The notes beneath the pieces are model-generated. The model was not told the DNA's origin, did no database searches, and saw only the letters and a program-made list of their open reading frames with translations. Both the position numbers and the translations under genes were made by a program. This document shows, piece by piece, positions 20,934-28,845 of a stretch of 64,000 bases of DNA. This stretch comes from Gemmatimonadales bacterium (GTDB lineage: Bacteria; Gemmatimonadota; Gemmatimonadetes; Gemmatimonadales; GWC2-71-9), in assembly GCA_965249575.1 (NCBI GenBank), contig OZ252244.1, positions 399,127 through 463,126 of the forward strand, written 5' to 3'. Each line of letters starts with the position of its first letter. The stretch's first letter is position 1.

Positions 20934-21353
20934 GATGGATCGTCTCCTGAACAGACGTATCGAGAATCCCGCCAATGTATGACCTGGACCTGAGCCCGGG
21001 AACCAACGTGCGAGACACGGCACCGGCGCGATGAACTCGTCATTCGCCCGACGCCGGAACGGGCAATACTTGGAATGCCCACCCCAGCGTTTCCCGTGTG
21101 CCAGAGGCTCGGCAGCACGACCGGCGGCGGCTACGAGGTTTCATTGGGGCGGTTCCGAGGGAAAGCGGGCCGCTGCCGATGCTCTACAGGTTTTGAACTT
21201 TGAGGCATCACAAAGAGCGGCACACCATCCGGCAGGGGCTCCAGGGTGGTCTCGGATCATTGTCCAAAAAAAGAACCCTGAGAAAGTGCTGCGAGCGCCA
21301 CTATGATCCCAAGATTCCTCGCGGCGATGCTCAGGCGGCCTTGCGGGTTGTCC

Positions 21354-21743
21354 TCACGCGCACTTGGGCACGCCTTCCTTGGTCGCGGGGGGTAGCGGGG
21401 CCGCACTCCCTACGTAGATGACGCATTGCTTGAGGGTCTGCGTGTGCGAGGCTGTGCCCTGCCATCCGCTCGGAGTTACTCCGGAGAGAGCCACCGCGAC
21501 ACCGGTCGAAGCCACGTAGAAGAGGCTCGCGGACGGTATGGCCCCGCCGTAATACGCCTCATTGTCGTACTGGTAGGATTCCTGTGCGGTCGCGAGGTTC
21601 CGGAGATCCGACTTCATCGTGGACAGGTACGCCTGTTCCTTGCTGCTCGCGAATTTCGGGATCGCGATCGCCGCGAGGATGCCAAGGATGACCACCACGA
21701 TAAGGAGTTCGATGAGCGTGAAGCCGTCTCGTCGCGAGCGCAT
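21354..21743 (-). CDS. Type IV pilin-like protein (prepilin N-terminal cleavage/methylation domain)
   Basis: MRSRRDGFTLIELLIVVVILGILAAIAIPKF is a canonical class III signal. There is a C-terminal Cys pair (C..C). Confidence 0.8.
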   Translation of the reverse strand: MRSRRDGFTLIELLIVVVILGILAAIAIPKFASSKEQAYLSTMKSDLRNLATAQESYQYDNEAYYGGAIPSASLFYVASTGVAVALSGVTPSGWQGTASHTQTLKQCVIYVGSAAPLPPATKEGVPKCA

Positions 21744-21835
21744 ATCCCCATCCCGTAGGTGCAAGTGAAGTAGGTTGCGCGCCCCGGGGGTGACGGCGGC
21801 CGAAACCGCCACCACCCCGGTACACGCAGGCTACA

Positions 21836-21975
21836 TCAGGTGCACTTAGGCGCACCTTCTTGGGTCGCAGGCGCCAAGGCAGTCGTACCCACGTAGATCG
21901 CGCAGGTCTTCGTGGTCAGGTTGTGACCGACCGAGGAGGTGAAACCATCGGCCGTAACGGTTGTGCCCATGTGGG
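21836..21975 (-). pseudogene. 3' fragment of a second pilin gene (N-terminal two thirds missing)
   Basis: ..TTVTADGFTSSVGHNLTTKTCAIYVGTTALAPATQEGAPKCT aligns with the C-terminus of the neighbouring pilin (..GWQGTASHTQTLKQCVIYVGSAAPLPPATKEGVPKCA). There is no prepilin leader. Homology ends where the opposite-strand CPBP gene begins. Confidence 0.55.
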
Positions 21976-22646
21976 TCGATTCGGGCGTTCCGCTCGTGTT
22001 CGCCTGGTCGTTCTGTATTCTCGTGCCCACGATCGGCAACGCGGCGGTTGTTCTCACGATCTACATCGTACGTAAGCAGCCGGACTGGCAGACGTTCCGG
22101 TTTCGATTTCGATTGCAGCGCCCCTCCGCCCGTCAGCTCGCGTCGATTCCTGCGCTGGTGGTCGTGATCCTCGTACTGAACGAGTCCCTGGCGTGGACAA
22201 TCCCCTGGCTCCAGGAGCTGCCCGGATTCGGACTGCCGCCGATCGTCCCCGAGGTTTTCGCCAATCCCTACGAAGCCGTGAACCCGGCGAGCGGATCCGC
22301 GACATTCCTCGGCGTTCCCCTGAATCGGGACGCCGCATGGCTCGTTCCCTTCTGGCTGATCTGGGTGGTCGGCGGAGTCCTCGGCGAAGAGCTCGTGTGG
22401 CGAGGTTACCTCTTGCCTGGGCAGGAGACGCGGTACGGCCGCTGGGCGTGGCTCGTGAACGGGATGCTCTGGAACGTCCCCTTCCACCTCTACACGCTGT
22501 CCAGCTGCCTCTCCGACCTGCCGCTCTACCTGGTGCTCCCCTTCGTCGTTCAACGCACCGGCAACACATGGGTCGCAGTCGGCGTCCACGCACTGATGGT
22601 CTCGATGGCATATGTCCTGATCCTGCCGGGCGTCTTTCGAGGCTGA
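21969..22646 (+). CDS. CPBP family intramembrane glutamic endopeptidase (CAAX protease-like)
   Basis: GEELVWRGYLLP (EExxxR), WNVPFHLY (FxxxH) and AVGVHALMVSM (HxxxN/D-like) are set in five TM helices. The start choice is tentative. Confidence 0.7.
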   Translation: MWVDSGVPLVFAWSFCILVPTIGNAAVVLTIYIVRKQPDWQTFRFRFRLQRPSARQLASIPALVVVILVLNESLAWTIPWLQELPGFGLPPIVPEVFANPYEAVNPASGSATFLGVPLNRDAAWLVPFWLIWVVGGVLGEELVWRGYLLPGQETRYGRWAWLVNGMLWNVPFHLYTLSSCLSDLPLYLVLPFVVQRTGNTWVAVGVHALMVSMAYVLILPGVFRG

Positions 22647-22742
22647 CGCGTACGCACCGCCAGAGGGAAGGGGACCGTGCCAATCCCGCCGAAAAAGATG
22701 CGGCCACCCTAAAACCACGTGGCCCTGTCACAACGACTTACC

Positions 22743-22788
22743 CAATAGCGGAGGAGGGACTCGAACCCCCGACACGCGGATTATGATT
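22743..22788. repeat. attL: orphan copy of the tRNA-Met 3' half (46-bp direct repeat)
   Basis: CAATAGCGGAGGAGGGACTCGAACCCCCGACACGCGGATTATGATT is identical to 31165-31210. Confidence 0.8.
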
Positions 22789-22816
22789 ATGGCGCGTCGG
22801 GCGGACTCATCAGGGC

Positions 22817-23176
22817 TCATCCGGACAAGTCGGGAAAAGAAAAGGCGTTACTGTAGTGCTCGGCATCGTGGTCGAGGCGGATCGTCTCCGACCCCGTGCC
22901 AGTCGCGTCGAACGTGGCGACTGGGGCACCGCAAGCGCCGCCGGACCATTCGCAGATCTCCACGCTCAACAGCGGCAGGAGGCTCGGATCGAACACTCCC
23001 GTCGGAATGGGGTTCGGGGCGAGGGGCGGCAGGAAGTAGAAGCCGGCTCGGCCCCCGCCATGCGTGGCGTCCGAGATCGCGAGGTCCGGTTGGTCCTGCT
23101 CAATGATCTGGACGGGAAGATCCGATTCGCACGCGAGTAGGACGAGGGCTAAGAGAGATCCGAGGATCCGTTTCAT
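22817..23176 (-). CDS. Hypothetical lipoprotein
   Basis: MKRILGSLLALVLLACESD is a lipobox signal. 119 aa, no family recognised. Confidence 0.5.
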   Translation of the reverse strand: MKRILGSLLALVLLACESDLPVQIIEQDQPDLAISDATHGGGRAGFYFLPPLAPNPIPTGVFDPSLLPLLSVEICEWSGGACGAPVATFDATGTGSETIRLDHDAEHYSNAFSFPDLSG

Positions 23177-23598
23177 GGTGGGGCGCTCCGGTGACCGGAT
23201 GGACAGCCATTCTCGGACAGCAGCCAAGCCGGCGCAAGAAGTGGCGCGGATGCAACACCCCCCGAATCGAAGAGCGGCAGGATGTATGTCCTGTTCCAAG
23301 GGCGGCTATGGGGATGCGACGTGGATGGCCAATCCACTGCGCGCGGCTAAAGCATCGCGGTCGAGGAGGTTGCGAAGCGGTGTGCCTCGAGTGTGCCTTG
23401 GTCGCCGCGCTGGCTCGGAGCACCGGCCCGCCTTGCGCCCCGATTCGCCCCGTCGCTAGGCGCGCCGCCAAGAATCGGTCGTGGCTATGCCTCCTGAAGC
23501 CCCGAGGGCCTCGAGCAGCTGCTGAAAACGGGGCTCGTCGCGCTAGGCCAGCGCCGGTAACTCGGGCCGCGTCGAGTTGCTGGACTTCGGTGATCGTC

Positions 23599-23700
23599 GT
23601 CCCGTCTGGTCCCTTCTCGTCCCGTTCCGTCCCTTCCTGTACCGACTTACGAGCGACTTCGTCCCATCCTGAGCCGTCCTGTACCGTCCAGTCCCGCCTA
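23599..23700. repeat. Phased decamer repeats (GTCCCnTYYn) in a 580-bp non-coding stretch
   Basis: The sequence gtcccgtctg gtcccttctc gtcccgttcc gtcccttcct has GTCCC at 23599, 23609, 23619 and 23629, an exact 10-bp phase. Degenerate copies follow (gtcccatcct, gtcctgtacc, gtccagtccc). Two GGTTTGCA direct repeats lie at 23703-23722. Confidence 0.55.
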
Positions 23701-23757
23701 GTTGGTTTGCAAATGGTTTGCAGAATCAGGGCATCGTGAATCGTGCATCGAGGTCAG

Positions 23758-24585
23758 CTAGCTAGTGTTATCCTCCCCCGGTTCGAGTCGCTCCAACAGC
23801 GCGTTCACGTCCGAGCGGAGCCTCTCGATCTCTCGGTCCCTCGCCCGAAGCTGCTCCTGGAGATCCCGCGTGCGGCGCTCGAGCGCCTGGATCGCCAGCA
23901 GGTTGACGCCGTCGATGTCGGTCGTGGTGATCGTGGTATCGCTCTCGCCCAGTCCAAAGGCGGCGTAGAAGTCCTGCGCCGTGGGGCCGATGTGCCGGAT
24001 CGATGGCTCCTGCGATCGGTAGCTCCAGCTCTGGATGGGCAGGCCCGCAATCTTCTCCAACACGGGCTCCCCGTCTTCGTCTCGAAAAGCCTCCTTCAGG
24101 TGGCGAGCCGAGAGGGTGGACCACGCGTTGCCTCCGCCGGGCAGAGAGACACCAGAAGTCAAAGCCGCGTCTGAATAGAACGTGGTCCCGCCCGTCGCGC
24201 GCACAACGAACGACTGGTCCGCCGTTGCGGTGACGATGTTAGAGGTGGAGAAGTCACCGTAGACGAACGCGCCTCTGTGTCCGTTGGTGGAGGAGTTTAT
24301 CCCCATCGCCGTGGAGGAGAGGCCGCTGGCCGTCGTTTGAAAGCCCATCGCCGTGGAGAAGTTGCCGCTCGCGGTCGTGCCCGCGCCCATCGCCGTGGAG
24401 CTTTGACCGCTGGCCGTCGTTTCAGAGCCCATCGCCGTGGAACGGTCGCCGCTGGCCGTCGTTTCAGAGCCCATCGCCGTGGAGACGTCGCCGCTCGCGG
24501 TCGTGCTTTCGCCCATCGCCGTGGAGTTTTCGCCGCTGGCGGTCGTTTGGCTGCCCATCACGGTGGAGACGTCGCCGCTGGCCAT
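23758..24585 (-). CDS. Tail-fibre-like protein: YadA-like 14-residue head repeats plus a Peptidase_S74 (intramolecular chaperone) C-terminal domain; N-terminus probably missing
   Basis: Seven copies of G-x-x-STAMG-x-x-TTAS, then ..LSARHLKEAFRDEDGEPVLEKIAGLPIQSWSYRSQEPSIRHIGPTAQDFYAAFGLG...VNLLAIQALERRTRDLQEQL. The ORF begins inside the repeat array with no signal or anchor. Confidence 0.7.
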   Translation of the reverse strand: MASGDVSTVMGSQTTASGENSTAMGESTTASGDVSTAMGSETTASGDRSTAMGSETTASGQSSTAMGAGTTASGNFSTAMGFQTTASGLSSTAMGINSSTNGHRGAFVYGDFSTSNIVTATADQSFVVRATGGTTFYSDAALTSGVSLPGGGNAWSTLSARHLKEAFRDEDGEPVLEKIAGLPIQSWSYRSQEPSIRHIGPTAQDFYAAFGLGESDTTITTTDIDGVNLLAIQALERRTRDLQEQLRARDREIERLRSDVNALLERLEPGEDNTS

Positions 24586-24590
24586 AGCGC
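24296..24590. repeat. 42-bp tandem repeat (x7) encoding the 14-aa head repeat
   Basis: cccatcgccgtggag recurs at 24302, 24344, 24386, 24428, 24470 and 24512, with a variant at 24554. The period is exactly 42 nt. Confidence 0.85.
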
Positions 24591-25841
24591 CTTCATCATG
24601 ACCGCGAGTTCACCATAGAAGACAAGCTTGCTGCCTAGAATACGGCTCCAAGGGGTGGACGCTGTCTGGCACTCATGGAGGGATGTTGCACCAAGCGTTA
24701 TGGCAAAGAGAAGGACTATTCCGATATCAACACCTGGGACTGTCCATCGCTCATCGATGTACAGCAGCCAGATAGACTGGGCGATCAATGCACAGGCCAC
24801 GAATCCTTGAACATAGAACAGTCCGTTCCAACCAAGGTAGACAAGCCATTGGTGCACGGTTAGCGCTTGGGGATTGCGAGCGAACAGCTTCAGTGCATAA
24901 AGAAAGTTCTGATACGTTCCGGTCGCCCACCTGCGTAGCTGCAGGTGATATGCGCCAAGGTTGTGAGGAGAGTACCCGTCTGCGACACGTGTAGCCAAGA
25001 ACGTCCCCTTCCATCCGCGCTGATGCAGATTTAGTGAAGTTCTAACGTCTTCGGTCACACTACTCTCGTCAAATCCTGCAACGTTGGCTAGCGCAGCTGT
25101 TCTTATAAGAACATTGCTCCCGGACATAAACACACACCCCGTGGCAGAAAGCCCTGGGCAGATGTGGTCGTAGAAGATGCGTTGCTTGTATGCGTGGGCG
25201 GCTTCAACAAGCGAGGGGGCGGCGTCAACGTACGTTTGAGGAGCCTGTACGAAGGCGAGATCGGGATCGTTCATCAGGACTGGAACCATCGTAGAGAGGA
25301 TCCCGGGTGCCGGAGCATGGTCCACGTCAAGTACCAGAACGTACTCCACTTCGGGCCCCAGGTAACCGAGAGCGCAATTGAGCGCGCCGGCTTTGAAGCC
25401 CTTATCCGTCACCTTTCGAACAATCTGAACGGAGAGTCCCAGGTGCAAAGCGTGCTTCTCAAGTCTGGCTCTATCTGAGTGAGTGCTGTTATCTATGATA
25501 ACCACGGTGAGAGATCGGTAATCTACCTCCTTGAGGTGTTCAAACATCCTCGAGACGACAGTCGGTGGCTCATCTCTTATCGGAACTAGGATGGCCACAC
25601 GTGGAGAGGGGTACAACGGTGCCCCCGACTGAAATGGTTGGTGACTTCTTCCACCAGCGTATCGGAAGTACCAATATCCCAGCATGTGGAAGAACAGAAA
25701 GAACATTGCTACTCGGTAGGCACCGTTTCCACCTATGTCGAGAGCGCCGGTTCGCCCCGCATGAAGGCTCTCGGCGAGTGGAGCGACTACTATGCTTAGA
25801 AAAGACACAACGAGTACGACTAGGATTCGATAGGCGTGCAC
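24558..25841 (-). CDS. Family 2 glycosyltransferase (processive, membrane-embedded type)
   Basis: VAILVPIRDEP...VIIDNST...VLVLDVDH...QAPQ...TEDVRTSLNLHQRGW...QLRRWATG are GT2 D,D,D,QxxRW-type motifs with flanking TM helices. It is AT-richer than the genome. Its 3' end overlaps the tail-fibre ORF. Confidence 0.8.
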   Translation of the reverse strand: MHAYRILVVLVVSFLSIVVAPLAESLHAGRTGALDIGGNGAYRVAMFFLFFHMLGYWYFRYAGGRSHQPFQSGAPLYPSPRVAILVPIRDEPPTVVSRMFEHLKEVDYRSLTVVIIDNSTHSDRARLEKHALHLGLSVQIVRKVTDKGFKAGALNCALGYLGPEVEYVLVLDVDHAPAPGILSTMVPVLMNDPDLAFVQAPQTYVDAAPSLVEAAHAYKQRIFYDHICPGLSATGCVFMSGSNVLIRTAALANVAGFDESSVTEDVRTSLNLHQRGWKGTFLATRVADGYSPHNLGAYHLQLRRWATGTYQNFLYALKLFARNPQALTVHQWLVYLGWNGLFYVQGFVACALIAQSIWLLYIDERWTVPGVDIGIVLLFAITLGATSLHECQTASTPWSRILGSKLVFYGELAVMMKALWPAATSPP

Positions 25842-26059
25842 TGATGCGTGTTTCCGTGTTGGTAGCGAGTTTACCAGGTGCTAACGAGGCTGCAAAACAA
25901 GTAGGGTAGCAGACGGCGATCGTATTGGGCACGTCCCTTACCGGCGTCGATCTTGTGCTTCATCTGCTGGCTAAAGGTATCTCGGGTCTTGCGACATGGG
26001 GACGTGCTACCTATGCGCTTGGGACGTGAGACATACACCGGGAGTGCCTGCCACCTAAC

Positions 26060-26161
26060 TGATGGTGGGCAGCGCCGCCGCTGTCCGAACGCCAGTTCGC
26101 GCTCGAATCGCGTTAGCTGGTCAGCAAAGACGGCCTAAAGGCGCTCGAGCAGATCGGCCAT
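26060..26161 (-). pseudogene. Decayed 5' stub of a Ser/Thr protein kinase gene
   Basis: ATG 26161 gives MADLLERL, then an in-frame TAG, then AVFADQLTRFERELAFG. This resembles [18 protein letters not shown] of the kinase fragment at 28222..28408. The upstream leader is also shared. Confidence 0.55.
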
Positions 26162-26394
26162 GCGACTGCTCCGGTGTACCGAGACCGATAAGGTAGAACC
26201 TGGGGAGGGCGACAGCCAGAGTCGCGGAGCGCCCCTATGTGGGATTACCCTATTCCCGTCTTCCTGCTCCCAACGCGCACAGCGCCCGACCGTAGGGACC
26301 GGGCGCAGTTTGGCGGAATCCTTCAGGGTGCCGTTGAGAAGATCACGGGCCAGACGACCAACCATCTAGCAACAGGCTCTATGTCGACGCCAGA

Positions 26395-26660
26395 CGTGCA
26401 TCGAATGTGCTCGATTTCGACGACTTGCTGTTGTACTGGAAGTTGGTCCTCGAGCACGGCACGGTGGCCGAGTCGGTCCGCACCTCGTTCGATCTCGTCT
26501 TCGTCGATGAGTACCAGGACACGAATGCGCTGCAGGGAGACGTCCTTCGATTGCTCAAGCCCGACGGCGTTGGGGTGACCCTGGTCGGCGACGAAGCCCA
26601 GTCGATCTATGCGTTTCGCGGCACGTCGATCGAGAACATACTCGGGTTTCCAGGCCAGTA
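26395..26660 (+). pseudogene. Internal fragment of a UvrD/Rep-type helicase
   Basis: LDFDDLLLYW...FDLVFVDEYQDTNALQ...VTLVGDEAQSIYAFRGTSIENILGF covers helicase motifs II-III only. No N-terminal ATP-binding motif or C-terminal domains are present. Confidence 0.7.
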
Positions 26661-26772
26661 CGAGTGCATAGCCACCGTTGCCCCGATCAGTCCCGTGGTT
26701 CGGGCTGCACTCGACCGAGCTTTGGCGAGGGACTCTATAGGAGAATCACCAGTGATCAAATAAGGCGACACG

Positions 26773-27540
26773 CTACACCTTCGGCAAAAAAGGATCCCTT
26801 GATGATGCCAGCTCAATAGCTTCTTTCATTTCGCCAACCCAAGGCTTGCCGTGCCCTGATAGCATAGTTACTTCTCCAATTTCGTTGAGTAAGCCAAGCG
26901 ACTGATGGGCTTGTGTAAAATCGTTGTTCAGCAAGGGATGAGTCACTTGTGGATCGCCATGTTTTCCGGTCATCAGATTTCGGGTAACCAAAGTATCTCC
27001 GCTAAACAACACATTGCGCTTGGGCAGATAAAAAACTACCTCGCCTGCGGTATGCCCCGGCGTGTGAATTACGAGAGGTTTTCCGGGTACATCGAGAGTT
27101 TCACCATCCATAAAGGTTTTTACTCTTCTAATTTTTGGTAGGCTAAACACCCCATTAACCAACGCCGTGCCCAGCATTGTAGCAATATAAGGTCGCCAGG
27201 CATTGGACAATAATCCGTACCAGGGCAATTGTAATGCAGTGCCAGCCATTGCCGCATCTTCTTTATGGATATAAACTGGGACTTTGGTTTGCGTTCTCAG
27301 CTTTTCGGCAAAACCAACGTGATCAGCATGGGCGTGGGTCAGAATGATTGCCTCCAAATCTTTGATATCAAAACCAAGTGAGGCTATGCCTTTGGTAAAA
27401 ACGCTGTAGTTTCCCGGAAAACCGGCATCTACCAGGGTTAGTCTTCCTTCGTCCTCAATGATGTACCAGTTGAATGGTCCCGTATCGAAGTGGTAAATGC
27501 CTGGGGCTATAGTGGCTTCTGTTCTTTTTTGATGCCGCAT
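26773..27540 (-). CDS. MBL-fold metallo-hydrolase
   Basis: ILTHAHADHVGF is the HxHxDH motif, with ..HTPGHTAGE.. and ..SGHG.. further on. This is the most AT-rich gene in the window. Confidence 0.8.
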   Translation of the reverse strand: MRHQKRTEATIAPGIYHFDTGPFNWYIIEDEGRLTLVDAGFPGNYSVFTKGIASLGFDIKDLEAIILTHAHADHVGFAEKLRTQTKVPVYIHKEDAAMAGTALQLPWYGLLSNAWRPYIATMLGTALVNGVFSLPKIRRVKTFMDGETLDVPGKPLVIHTPGHTAGEVVFYLPKRNVLFSGDTLVTRNLMTGKHGDPQVTHPLLNNDFTQAHQSLGLLNEIGEVTMLSGHGKPWVGEMKEAIELASSRDPFLPKV

Positions 27541-27714
27541 AATTCGTGAGTCCTTTATAAAGCATACCAAGTAGTATGTTAGGTCACGCCGAGGTCTTCA
27601 TCGCCTACACTTGTGGGGACAGACACTCCGGCTTGCTCCCAACTCTGCGCATATTCTTAGACTGGCCGCGGCGCACCCTCCGCGAGAGATGGTCCGCAAT
27701 GGGCGGAGGCCGGT

Positions 27715-28201
27715 TCCGCCCCCTTTTAGTCGGCACAAGGGATACACCCGGGAGGGTGGTATTGTCGCCCCGATGGTGGTCTCGGGCGTGCGTGTATCTG
27801 CACGCAGTGCTATCGATCGGTCGTACGTAACGGTCATGGACCTCGCGCCCACGTTCCTCGAGTTGGCCAGTGCCGAGTACCCCGCCGACGGATCCGTATG
27901 GCCGATGCTCGGCGAGAGCATGCTCCCATTGCTCTCTGGAACGGCCACTTCCGTTCATGCAGAAGACTACATCACCACCTTGTACCATGAAGGACGGGCC
28001 TTCATCCGACAGGGCAAGTGGAAGCTCGTGAACCTAGAGCCTCCCTTCGCCGAGTCCGAGTTTGAGCTCTACGACCTCGAAGCCGACCCGGGAGAAACCA
28101 CGAATCTGGCGGAGGTCGAGCCGCAGCGATTTCTGATGATGGTCGAGTTGTGGCGAGAGAAGCGTCGCGAGCTTGGGATCGTTCTGCCCAGCGACTTGTA
28201 G
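27715..28201 (+). pseudogene. C-terminal fragment of an arylsulfatase
   Basis: ..FSRHKGYTREGGIVAPMVVSG...VTVMDLAPTFLELA...[17 protein letters not shown] is the sulfatase C-terminal half. The N-terminal catalytic CxPxR region is absent. Confidence 0.7.
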
Positions 28202-28221
28202 CGGACGGTCCAGACACGTTG

Positions 28222-28408
28222 AGCAATCGAACCGCTCGGCCCCGAGGACGGCGGCGAGCTCGGGACGGAGGACCTTGACCGCCACCTTCCGGTGATGTTT
28301 GAGATCTTCGGCGAGATAGACCGTGGCCATGCCGCCCGCCCCGAGTTCGCGCTCGATGCGGTAGCGGTCGGACAGAGCGGTTTTCAGGCGTTCGAGAAGA
28401 TCGGCCAC
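28222..28408 (-). pseudogene. N-terminal fragment of a Ser/Thr protein kinase
   Basis: (M/V)[59 protein letters not shown] has the glycine loop and VAVK lysine. The kinase-like sequence then stops where the sulfatase fragment ends. Confidence 0.7.
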
Positions 28409-28845
28409 GCAGTATCCGATTTGGCGAAGTCGCTAAAGTAGAACCTCGGGAGGGCGTCAGCCAGACGTGATCTACTATGCGCAGTCGTTGAGAGCGCTAA
28501 CGCTCGGAGATAATTCACCTTCCGACTAACGACACCAATACCCGGGCGGACGGAGACCGCTTTCGGCCAGTTCGGCAGGAATCGGTGTCGCTTTCAAGTC
28601 CAGTCCTCGGCACTCGAATTACGGTTGTACCGGTGGACGAGTAAGCCGCCGTATGCGGGTTCCTCATCGGCTGTATTCGTGACGTCACCGCGGTCCCAGC
28701 GTCGTGAGTGAAGCTTCCGATCGGCACTGTTGCTTCCAGTCTACCGGCAGCGGATCCTAGAAGCATCCCCAGCTTCGACGTATGTTGGGGATCGGTCGAG
28801 CAACGGCGAATCGCGGGAGGATCGGGTGAACCCGAGGTTGGCGGT

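Noticed and set aside
21262-21353. Rho-independent terminator after the pilin gene (T7 run on the minus strand)
   Set aside because: I could not find a convincing stem immediately preceding the T-run.
25871-26060. Transposase C-terminal fragment (..CPPSVRWQALPVYVSRPKRIGSTSPCRKTRDTFSQQMKHKIDAGKGRAQYDRR)
   Set aside because: The resemblance to IS1182/IS5-type C-terminal Cys-rich regions is only impressionistic. The frame is continuous with the decayed kinase stub, so it may just be degenerated sequence. A BLASTX or HMM check is needed.
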